A stretch of DNA of 64,000 nucleotides from Deltaproteobacteria bacterium. Its GTDB lineage: Bacteria; UBA10199; JADGCS01. Of the stretch, positions 55,862 to 64,000 are shown in pieces; positions within the stretch are counted from its first letter, which is position 1; every line of letters starts with the position of its first letter. Position numbers and translations under genes: made by a program. The notes under the pieces are model-generated. The model made no database searches. It was not told the origin of the DNA and saw only the letters and a list, made by a program, of their open reading frames with translations. The stretch spans positions 1,494-65,493 of the forward strand of contig JADGCS010000007.1 of the NCBI GenBank assembly GCA_015228875.1, given 5' to 3'.

Positions 55862-58579
55862 TTACGCCGCCATCTCCGCTGTGCCCATCTGGTATATTTT
55901 TGCGAGTGATGCCGCGAGCTGTTCCAACACACCCTCGTTGGGAAGCGTGACCGTGAGTTTGAGGTTGCCGCTCTCATCGCGATCCAGACAATCAGAGAGA
56001 TTTCTTTTAAACTGCTCAATGACCTTTTTGTTTTGTTCATCTCCCGCAATGTCCCCTCCCTTTTCGCGTGGCGTGAGGACCTCGCCCATAAAAGAAAAGG
56101 CGGCGCTCAAGAGTTCTCCACCGGCCATGGCCACTGTCTCCCTCTTTTTAATCAGGGCCGCCTCTGTCACGACCTTTTGTTCCTGACTCATATCCACTGG
56201 GGCGTCAGGTTTTTGGCCCACCAGGACCTCCAGACGTCTTTTGAGTTCTTCAATACCTACAGACATGTCAACCTGAGTAATGTTTGAGTCCACATCGAGC
56301 GCGGCAAAGGCCAGCTCCTGCTTGACAGCCAGTGTGTGCAAAAGACTCTCCTCGATCGTGTCGACTGTTACCAGCAGATAGACCTGTATGGCCCTCTTTT
56401 GACCCATGCGGTGTGCGCGGGATATCCTCTGCTCCAGAACCGCGGGGTTCCATGGCAGATCAACATTGATCACCGTATTGGCGGCCTGCAGATTAAGGCC
56501 CGTGCTCCCCGCGTTGGTGGTGATGAAGACCTTGCACCCCGGGTTGTTTTGAAACTGCTTCACCAGCCCCTGCCGTTTTTTTTGCGGCACAGAACCATCC
56601 AGACGAACAAACTCGGCCCCTGTCTGTTTAATCAACGGCTCTATCAGGTCCAGCATGGTCGTCCATTCCGAAAACAACACAATCTTGCGATCCTCCTCGG
56701 AAAGAAGTGTTTTTAATAACTCTTCGAGTTCCACAAGTTTTGAGGAATAACCCGGGGCCACCTTGTTGACGAGAAACGTGCTGTCTGCCGACATGCGGCA
56801 CATCAAGAGATACTTTTGCAGACGTAAAAGATCCATCTCGGAGATGTAGGGTTTGTTGATGATGCGGCTGATGATTTTTTTGTATTCTTTATCCAGACCA
56901 AGTTGTTCGTCTGTTGGTGTGATTCTCACAATCTGTGTTGTGCGCGGCGGAAGGTCCTCCATCACCGACTTGCGTGTACGCCTAAGGAGAACGGGCTTGA
57001 GTTTCTCGCGTATTTCGTCGAGATTTTTATACCCAAGCGGCTTGCCCTTTTCGTCAACAACCTTGTACCTGTTATAAAACCTGAACGCGGGGCCCAATTG
57101 ATGTTCGCTGATAAACTCGACCACAGAATAAAGCTCTTCAAGCCGGTTTTCGAGCGGCGTTCCCGTCAGCACAAGGGCATACTTTGACCTTAATGACTTG
57201 ATGGTCTGACTTGTCTTTGCCTCCCAGTTTTTAATCCTCTGGCCTTCATCCAGAATAATCAGGTCCCATGCGACTGATTCGATCTCGATAATATCACGCA
57301 GGACCTGTTCGTAATTGCACACAGTAAAAAAACAGCCGTTATTGTACTGCCCCCCCCTTTCTTTTTTGCTGCCAAGAATCGTCTGCACAGACCTGTCAGA
57401 AAATCTGTTAATCTCTTCGCGCCACTGAAATTTGAGAGAGGTGGGGCAGACAACCAGGGCCTTGCTTATGCCCGTCTGTTTGGCCAGCAACTCTGCCACA
57501 CCAATCCCCTGAATGGTCTTTCCAAGGCCCATGTCATCAGCAAGCACAGACCGCCCGGCCCCAACGGCAAAGCCTATCCCGTCCATCTGATACGGCAGCA
57601 ACTCTGTCTTGAGGAGTGTCTTTCTTAACGGATGGTCTTTGGGATCCTTGCGGATCTCCTGCGATATTTTTTTTAGTTTTTCCAAAGACAGTTGTTGCTG
57701 AATGTATTCTTCCGCATCGGAATAAATATTGACCGCAAACCCCCGGCCCTCCAATTTTTTGATGATCGACAAAAGAGAATGAATATCTGTGACTGGTTTT
57801 TTATACACCGGCCGGATGATGGCTGCTATTTCTTCGGAGGTGGTATCGGGTGTCAACAACCGGAGCTCCGGCGACAGCTGTCCATAATGCATATGCACAC
57901 CAAAACCTTTGCGCTTGTACGGCGTGTTTTGTGCCCGTGGCGAAAATTTTGTCTTGATTTTCTGTTGGGCATACAAGATGTGCTTGCAGACCCCCAGCGT
58001 ATTTTTTTTAAAATCGGAGCACGAACAGTAAGACTGGCCTCTTTCAAACCCGCGCATCGCCACGCGATAAGTCTTGCCAGAGGTCTTGCTGGACAAAAGA
58101 TAATCTGTCCATATTTTGTTTTTATCTGTGGATGTGAGGACCATGCGCTCCTTTTTGGCCCGCTCTATCCTCTCTTGAATAGCCCTTGCCACAAGGTCCT
58201 GCTCGCTTAAACTTTCGATGGGGATTTTGGGTGTGGGTTCTTTGGCAAGCCCCAGCGCCGTTTTTTCTTCGAGGATCAGCGACAATGTGGCACCCAGGTG
58301 TTCGCAGGGGCCTTGACAGACAGAGCACCCAAAATCGAGGGCGTTATTTTTAAGGGGATTAAGGCGAATGGTCGTGACCGCATCAGACATTTTTACGGTA
58401 AAAGACTCGGCGTCCTGTCTGACCTGCTCTTCTATGTTGATCTCATACTTGCCCCCCTTTTTTATCAACTCCTCACCTCCCTGCCCCAGCAAGCGACAGG
58501 CCTGCATGTATTTAAGGTGTGACAATCGATCCTTTAAGGTAATCTCGGTTTTGTTTTGACGCATCATGGTACTCCTCAT
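55862..58579 (-). CDS. SNF2-family helicase with an N-terminal SWIM zinc finger
   Basis: 905 aa. SWIM (CSCSDFKKNTLGVCKHILYA), SNF2_N (DDMGLGKTIQ; DLIILDEGQRIKN; LTGTPLENRLEEL), and helicase C (…ITTNAGSTGLNLQAANTVINVDLPWNPAVLEQRISRAHRMGQ). Confidence 0.85.
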   Translation of the reverse strand: MRSTMMRQNKTEITLKDRLSHLKYMQACRLLGQGGEELIKKGGKYEINIEEQVRQDAESFTVKMSDAVTTIRLNPLKNNALDFGCSVCQGPCEHLGATLSLILEEKTALGLAKEPTPKIPIESLSEQDLVARAIQERIERAKKERMVLTSTDKNKIWTDYLLSSKTSGKTYRVAMRGFERGQSYCSCSDFKKNTLGVCKHILYAQQKIKTKFSPRAQNTPYKRKGFGVHMHYGQLSPELRLLTPDTTSEEIAAIIRPVYKKPVTDIHSLLSIIKKLEGRGFAVNIYSDAEEYIQQQLSLEKLKKISQEIRKDPKDHPLRKTLLKTELLPYQMDGIGFAVGAGRSVLADDMGLGKTIQGIGVAELLAKQTGISKALVVCPTSLKFQWREEINRFSDRSVQTILGSKKERGGQYNNGCFFTVCNYEQVLRDIIEIESVAWDLIILDEGQRIKNWEAKTSQTIKSLRSKYALVLTGTPLENRLEELYSVVEFISEHQLGPAFRFYNRYKVVDEKGKPLGYKNLDEIREKLKPVLLRRTRKSVMEDLPPRTTQIVRITPTDEQLGLDKEYKKIISRIINKPYISEMDLLRLQKYLLMCRMSADSTFLVNKVAPGYSSKLVELEELLKTLLSEEDRKIVLFSEWTTMLDLIEPLIKQTGAEFVRLDGSVPQKKRQGLVKQFQNNPGCKVFITTNAGSTGLNLQAANTVINVDLPWNPAVLEQRISRAHRMGQKRAIQVYLLVTVDTIEESLLHTLAVKQELAFAALDVDSNITQVDMSVGIEELKRRLEVLVGQKPDAPVDMSQEQKVVTEAALIKKRETVAMAGGELLSAAFSFMGEVLTPREKGGDIAGDEQNKKVIEQFKRNLSDCLDRDESGNLKLTVTLPNEGVLEQLAASLAKIYQMGTAEMAA

Positions 58580-58626
58580 TGATTTGTTGGTACAAAAATT
58601 CTCCCATCAACACAATTTAATGTCTA

Positions 58627-58710
58627 GGAATTTCAAAGTTGACAGAGCGCGGGTGCGTTCCTCGCATAACGGAGGAACTTAAATCGCGTCAAAGTCAAGT
58701 TAGTAACTTG
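58627..58710 (-). mobile_element. MITE copy 10 (short, inverted orientation) between the SNF2 helicase and the TPR gene
   Basis: GGAATTTCAAAGTTGACAGAGCGCGGGTGCGTTCC…GCGTCAAAGTCAAGTTAGTAACTTG. Confidence 0.8.
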
Positions 58711-59651
58711 TCCAGCCTGCGCAGTCTGCCATAAAGCGGTTTGTGTCCTGCGGCCAGTGCCTCGTAGATGGTTTTAAGCCCTGCAACACGGTTGCACTTT
58801 CTGGCGCACATTTCAATTGTGTTAAGAAATTTAAAATTATCGAGGTTGGTTTGAATATTAAGGGCAAACAACTCAAAGGCCAGATCAAAGGCCTTGAAGC
58901 GATAACAGGTCCATCCGGCATCCACACCAAATTTGGACCTCAGCGGTTCGAGGTTTTTTTTGATGACCTCGCGAGCCCCCTCGACATCTGCTGTCTTGAG
59001 AAGTTTTTCGATGAGAGGGGGGATCAGATGGGGTGGGGTCTCGTCGCCAAGCTCTGCAAGGTCCTCCATTTCTTCGATCAAATCTTTCGAATCAAGCATC
59101 CGCGCCTTCATCTCGACCACCTTTTTTAGGGCAAACTCGTGATCCGGATATGCCTCCAGGAACATCCCGTATTGATCCAGCGCAAGCTGCCATTTTTTTT
59201 GTCTCTCATACAGCCAGCCCAGATCCATCCTTGCCGGGGGGTACTGCCTGACCAGCAATTCAAGGATGGGCCCAGCCTCTGCAAAAGCTCCCATTTGCGT
59301 GAGTGCCTTGGCCCGCCAGTATTCTGAGACCCTGTGAGGGTTCACCCTTGACGCCTCGGTAAAATAGGTGGCGGCCTTTTTGTAATCCTTGAGACCATAA
59401 TAGACATGACCTGCAAGCAGGAGCACCCTTCCCGAATCGGGGAAAAGTTTGGTTAACTGCAGGGCCAGGGTGGCCCCACTTTTATAATCCTTTTTTTTGA
59501 CAAGAAACTCCAGTTCCATGCCCCTTGTTTCGACAGAAAGGGGGTCAATCTGTTTGAGGTGGGAGAGGGCCGTGGCGGCCTCTTCAAGGTTTTTGTGTTT
59601 GAGGGCTTGAGATAAATTGTAGCGAAGGGTATGGACAGGGCCTGAAACCAC
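58695..59651 (-). CDS. TPR-repeat protein (start uncertain)
   Basis: TPR-like repeats throughout. The annotated 5' ~70 codons overlap the opposite-strand ATPase gene, so a GTG at 59651 is proposed as start. Confidence 0.55.
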   Translation of the reverse strand: MVSGPVHTLRYNLSQALKHKNLEEAATALSHLKQIDPLSVETRGMELEFLVKKKDYKSGATLALQLTKLFPDSGRVLLLAGHVYYGLKDYKKAATYFTEASRVNPHRVSEYWRAKALTQMGAFAEAGPILELLVRQYPPARMDLGWLYERQKKWQLALDQYGMFLEAYPDHEFALKKVVEMKARMLDSKDLIEEMEDLAELGDETPPHLIPPLIEKLLKTADVEGAREVIKKNLEPLRSKFGVDAGWTCYRFKAFDLAFELFALNIQTNLDNFKFLNTIEMCARKCNRVAGLKTIYEALAAGHKPLYGRLRRLDKLLT

Positions 59652-59714
59652 GGGGGCGTTTTGACAGAAACAACAACCATAAGTCAATTGATCAGTGTAG
59701 AAAAACAGCCCACC

Positions 59715-62700
59715 GTGGTGCGCCTTGACCACCTGAGTACTGGCGATGCAGGCTGGATCTCGCAGGGTTATTACCTGACAGAGCAGGTGCAGGGTTATCT
59801 TAAAAATCTTGAAAACTGCCTGTCTGCAAACAAGGGGCTTGGCTTTTTTCTCATTGGACATTTCGGTTCAGGCAAGTCCCATTTTCTTGCCTATCTGGCC
59901 CAACAGATCAAAACAGGGTCTTTGGCGGGGTTTGGGGTCCGGGCATACCCTGTGTCCCTGCTTAACTACAGGGCCGATCAAACACTCGAATCCATTATTG
60001 AATCAAACTTGGGGATAGCAGCAACTCATAAAGAACGAGATCTCAACTGGCAGGCGTTTGAATCACGCGTTTCATCAAAAAACATGCTCATCCTCGACGA
60101 ACTCTCCGAATTTTTAAGATCCAAGCCAACGCCGCAGAGCTTTAACGAAGACGTCCGGTATCTGCAGTATCTTGGGGAGCGGGGGCAAAATCACACCCTG
60201 TGGGTCATTGCCGCCATGCAGGAAAAAATAGAAAACACGGGCGAGATCGACGGCGATCTCTTTAGAAAGATCAGGGACCGCTACCCCGCACGATTCATAC
60301 TCAACCCGGCACATGTGCGCGACCTGATCAGCAGGAGGATCCTCAAGAAAAAAGAACCCTACAAAAAAGCGATGGACGGCCTTATTGCAAAACTCAAACA
60401 AAACTTTGCCGAAGATCAAATCAGTTACGCCGATATCGTCAATTTTTATCCCCTGCACCCGGAGACCATCAACCTGCTCGAAGAAATCCGCGACCGTTTT
60501 TCGCAGGCGCGCGGTATTATCGAATTCACGCTCTCGCGCCTTGCAGGCAATCCGTCACGCGGTATTGCGCCGTTTCTAGACAGGGACTTGGGAGAATTTC
60601 TCACCCCCGATTACATTGTCTCTCACTTCGAGGATCTTTTCGAGATACAACCCGAATTCATGCCCCTCTCCCGAAAGGTCCTCCCCTGCCTTAAAAAAGA
60701 ACTGCCCGCACTTTTTAACAACGAAAAACAGAGAGCGCTTGCCTTTCGCCTCTTAAACCTGCTGATACTGGCGCACCTCTCTCCTGTAAGAAACGGGATC
60801 ACCAGTAACAACGCGGTTCTCTGGTTACTGCAAAAAACCAGCACGGTCGATCCCTCCCGCAACAAAAAAATTATCGAGGGCATGCTCAACCAGATGGTGG
60901 ATCAAGCCTCTTACATCAAAAAAGCAGACGACCGTTTTTTTCTGGATATCGAGGACGACAGCAGACAGAATCTGGACAGGATTATCGAAAAAACAGCGGG
61001 CGAAATCAAAGACAGGGGAGAGTCTCTGTTTGACCTGCTCATCCCGCTGTTTAAATCCCCTGATTTTAATCCCTTCGAGACAGAGCAAAACACCTGGCAG
61101 ACACGTTCTGTCACATGGTACTTTCACCAACGAAAAATCTCCGTCTTTACGGGTGCGGCACCGCATCAGGACAAGACCACAAACCTGGAATCCGTAAAAC
61201 TTAAAATCCTCCTCCCATGGGGCAACAGGGAGACCTTAAGCGACGACATCCATTATTTTGTCCCCGACTCACTTAAACTGACACCCGACATCCTCGAACT
61301 CGCGGCGCTGACAAGCATCACAGAGCGTCCTCTGTCGCCAGACCTTATAAACAGGGCGCGGGAGAGGCTCAAGCAAAAAAGCGGGGTTTTGTTCAAGCAG
61401 GTCCGGATGTGCTTTATCTCCGGAGATATCATCTCCCCCTTCTGTCCACCACAAAAGCTGTTCCTCTCAAAACCCCCCCAGGACATGACAGAACTTGTCA
61501 ACACCTGTGCTATTGCAGTTTTTAAAAAAACCTACCCCCAGTTTGAATCCTATGCACCCTCAATGGGCCCCCTGCCGCCCTCCGTGTACAGGGAGTTTCT
61601 GATCTACGTGACAGAACATGACCTTTTTACCGGTGATCCCCCCGATAAAATTGCCCAGATCATCGAGGGCTACCTCGTCCCTTTAAAGCTCATTAAAAGA
61701 ATGGGGCGCGGTTACAGCGTCATGCCTCACCTCGAAAGGCACGAACTCGTGGCAAAAATAAGTCAGACCGCCGCGCAGGAGCCAAGTGTTGACAGGGTCT
61801 GCCAGATGTTTTTTAATCCGGTCTATGGTCTGGTGCCGGAGCAGGTTAATTTTCTTTTGCTGTTTCTTTTGATTCATGGCGAGATAGACATCATCAAAAA
61901 CGGCGTCTCGTACAGGGATGCCTGCCACGAACTCCCCAACCCTTCTGCGTACGATGTCATCACACCCGGCAAGGGCCTTTCGCCCCCCCAAATTCGAAAA
62001 CTCGAGGAGATCTGCTTTTCGCTCAATATCCGCACACCACAGCAGTGGAACGTCCTTGCGCAAAGGCAAATAGGCACACAACTCAGGGTACTGGCGCGCA
62101 AACAAAGGGATGATCTCGGCCGCTTTTTATCCCGTGTTCAAGAAGAAGACAATGCCGAAGAGGCACAAAGCCTCACGATGAACATTCAGCGTCTGATGTC
62201 GTATTGGCACGCACTGGAGGACAACGACGAACTCGATGGCCTTATGCAGTTTCTTTACCAAGTCGACGCGGCCCACACCTTTCTGGAACTGCATCAGGAC
62301 ATGATACTCCTGCAGGCGCAGATCGAAAAGCTGATCAGGGAGCGGGCCCGTTTTGCCCATTTGTTCTCCAATGCCATCTTTACAAACTGCACGGACCCCA
62401 TCATCAAAGACGGGGCAAAAGATTTCGTCACACGACCCACCCTCGCAGAACCCACAGAACTCAGGACCTGGCTGTCAGAGGCCGAAAAATTCTACCTCAC
62501 CTATACCCAGTGGTATAAAGAGGCTCACGCAAAATATCAGGACACATTAAAACAATCGCCTGCCTTTGGTTATACCCCGCCAAGGGTTGCAGACTTAAAG
62601 GCCGTGGGGCTTGATGGTCTCCTTGCAGAATTTAAAGCGGGGAGGGAAAAACTTAAACTGGCCCTGTGCCATGGTGTGTCTTCGCTCGAATTTTCGCCCC

Positions 62701-64000
62701 TGTGCCGCTGTGGTTTTGACGGCGAAAATACCACCACACTCTCTCTGATGTCGCGGTTGCGGGAACTTGCCGACACTTTGGAAGCAAGCCTTTGTCGTTT
62801 TTTTAAACAAAAAAATGTCTATCAAAAAATCAAGGCATGGGCAGAGGCGGGACAGCACCACATCCAGGGCGGCAATATCATCGATTATATCAATGGCAAG
62901 GCCCCCTATCCCGACCCGGGGGCTGATCTCGAACTCTTTAACAAACACCTGATGGGGTTGGAGACGTGCAAAAAAATCGAGATGCTGGAATTTTTAAAAC
63001 CTTTAACCAATCGCATCTGGAAGCACGCGGATTTTAAGGCAGAGGTCCTCAAGCAAATCCAGAATTTTCCAGAGGTCTTTCGTATCGAGACTGCCGAGAC
63101 CTCAAAGACAGGAGATGCTGCAATGATGGGCCTTGGATCGTGGTGCCTCGAACACGCCATCAGGCACGGTGTGCCGCTGCCCGATGCCATCAGCCACACA
63201 GGGCATCAGTGGGATGCCTCTGCGTTGATGCAGCAGGGTTGGGTGGGCGCCGCCTGTCTTGACAGACTTGAAGACTTAAACCTCGGAGAACAGGCAGAAG
63301 ACACAATACTCAAATGGATTTTTGAGGGGGCCATCCCCCTTGCCGCTTCCAACATCCGATCAGGGCTTGTCAAGACTGCGGGGTTTGTCCTCTCTCCACC
63401 AACAAACATCGAGATCACCGACCTTGCCGCCATTGTTCATGATGCCTACTGCCACCATTACAGATTTTTAAAGTTGCTGGGCAAAAAATGGCTGCAGTTT
63501 CTGGGCAATCTCTCCAACAACCACATCAATACCGCCCCGTCCCTGCTCTTTGATCTACTTGACAAAGAAAGGGCGAGTCAGTGGCTCTTGATTGACGGGT
63601 TTGGGATTGCCCTTGTCAATGCCCTTAAACCCGAAATTTCAAAATTGTTACCCGACTGGTCCCTCGAAAATGTGCGCTTCTGTCAGGTTGACGGCAGGAC
63701 AAGCACGGCAGCCTTTTGGGACGATGTGGTCCTAAAAAAATGGCATAAACAGATCGAAAAAATAAACGACATCGATCGTCTTGTGCATGAGCGCAAAGAT
63801 TTTATAGAGATTGTCATGCTCGCAAGGGCAGAACTTGGCCTTGCAATCAAAAAAATCATCAAAAGATTCGACCCCACAAAACCACTTCTTGTTTTTTCCG
63901 ATCACGGGTTTAGACTCAGCCCCGACGGCAAGTCCTTTATCCACGGCGGTCAAAGCGTCCTGGAGAGGACCGTACCGGTCATCAAGCTTTTACCCCGTTT
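59715..64000 (+). CDS. Large P-loop NTPase with a C-terminal PglZ (alkaline-phosphatase-like) domain, BREX/Pgl-related; truncated at the window end
   Basis: Open frame from ~59646 to the window end with no stop; absent from the ORF track, presumably because it lacks an in-window stop. Walker A (LIGHFGSGKSHFLAYL) sits ~50 aa from a probable GTG/TTG start. PglZ motifs (WLLIDGFGIALVNAL; LLVFSDHGF…FIHGGQSVLERTVPVI) lie near 63590-63980. Confidence 0.6.
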   Translation, partial: MVRLDHLSTGDAGWISQGYYLTEQVQGYLKNLENCLSANKGLGFFLIGHFGSGKSHFLAYLAQQIKTGSLAGFGVRAYPVSLLNYRADQTLESIIESNLGIAATHKERDLNWQAFESRVSSKNMLILDELSEFLRSKPTPQSFNEDVRYLQYLGERGQNHTLWVIAAMQEKIENTGEIDGDLFRKIRDRYPARFILNPAHVRDLISRRILKKKEPYKKAMDGLIAKLKQNFAEDQISYADIVNFYPLHPETINLLEEIRDRFSQARGIIEFTLSRLAGNPSRGIAPFLDRDLGEFLTPDYIVSHFEDLFEIQPEFMPLSRKVLPCLKKELPALFNNEKQRALAFRLLNLLILAHLSPVRNGITSNNAVLWLLQKTSTVDPSRNKKIIEGMLNQMVDQASYIKKADDRFFLDIEDDSRQNLDRIIEKTAGEIKDRGESLFDLLIPLFKSPDFNPFETEQNTWQTRSVTWYFHQRKISVFTGAAPHQDKTTNLESVKLKILLPWGNRETLSDDIHYFVPDSLKLTPDILELAALTSITERPLSPDLINRARERLKQKSGVLFKQVRMCFISGDIISPFCPPQKLFLSKPPQDMTELVNTCAIAVFKKTYPQFESYAPSMGPLPPSVYREFLIYVTEHDLFTGDPPDKIAQIIEGYLVPLKLIKRMGRGYSVMPHLERHELVAKISQTAAQEPSVDRVCQMFFNPVYGLVPEQVNFLLLFLLIHGEIDIIKNGVSYRDACHELPNPSAYDVITPGKGLSPPQIRKLEEICFSLNIRTPQQWNVLAQRQIGTQLRVLARKQRDDLGRFLSRVQEEDNAEEAQSLTMNIQRLMSYWHALEDNDELDGLMQFLYQVDAAHTFLELHQDMILLQAQIEKLIRERARFAHLFSNAIFTNCTDPIIKDGAKDFVTRPTLAEPTELRTWLSEAEKFYLTYTQWYKEAHAKYQDTLKQSPAFGYTPPRVADLKAVGLDGLLAEFKAGREKLKLALCHGVSSLEFSPLCRCGFDGENTTTLSLMSRLRELADTLEASLCRFFKQKNVYQKIKAWAEAGQHHIQGGNIIDYINGKAPYPDPGADLELFNKHLMGLETCKKIEMLEFLKPLTNRIWKHADFKAEVLKQIQNFPEVFRIETAETSKTGDAAMMGLGSWCLEHAIRHGVPLPDAISHTGHQWDASALMQQGWVGAACLDRLEDLNLGEQAEDTILKWIFEGAIPLAASNIRSGLVKTAGFVLSPPTNIEITDLAAIVHDAYCHHYRFLKLLGKKWLQFLGNLSNNHINTAPSLLFDLLDKERASQWLLIDGFGIALVNALKPEISKLLPDWSLENVRFCQVDGRTSTAAFWDDVVLKKWHKQIEKINDIDRLVHERKDFIEIVMLARAELGLAIKKIIKRFDPTKPLLVFSDHGFRLSPDGKSFIHGGQSVLERTVPVIKLLPR

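Overview
This 64 kb window has three parts. Positions ~660-20420 hold a minus-strand flagellar export/basal-body operon in Bacillus-like fla order: flgB-flgC-fliE-fliF-fliG-fliH-fliI-fliJ-ylxF-like-fliK-flgD-flgE, then a terminator, then fliL-fliM-fliN-fliO-fliP-fliQ-fliR-flhB-flhA. A consensus sigma-54 promoter sits upstream of flgB. A housekeeping block follows: RluA-family pseudouridine synthase, hflX, dnaE, a stand-alone methylmalonyl-CoA-mutase catalytic subunit, and ssb. The remaining ~35 kb is accessory-like:
- a sigma-54-dependent NtrC-type response regulator with its own consensus sigma-54 promoter;
- a 977-aa Pro-rich, coiled-coil, alpha/beta-hydrolase-like protein;
- a sigma-54-driven type IV minor-pilin operon (PilV, PilW-like, PilX-like, FimT/GspH-like);
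- trmH, crp/fnr, hupE/ureJ, a prolyl oligopeptidase and an RlpA-like lipoprotein;
- a sigma-54-driven operon encoding a Cys-rich small protein, two tandem paralogous ~900-aa proteins with C-terminal J-domain-like (HPD) tails, and a 662-aa unknown protein;
- an NCS2 purine permease and a low-GC BrnT/BrnA toxin-antitoxin pair;
- TPR proteins, a SWIM+SNF2 helicase, and a >1400-aa P-loop ATPase with a C-terminal PglZ domain (BREX/Pgl-like) that runs off the window end.
A ~83/108-bp imperfect-TIR MITE is present in at least 10 copies. Five copies sit at gene junctions inside the flagellar operon. Two lie inside coding sequence, one of them inserted in-frame (Rickettsia-palindromic-element-like). 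No rRNA, tRNA or CRISPR array was recognised by eye. GC looks roughly 48-50 %. The gene content fits a Gram-negative, sigma-54-rich bacterium, lineage not determined.
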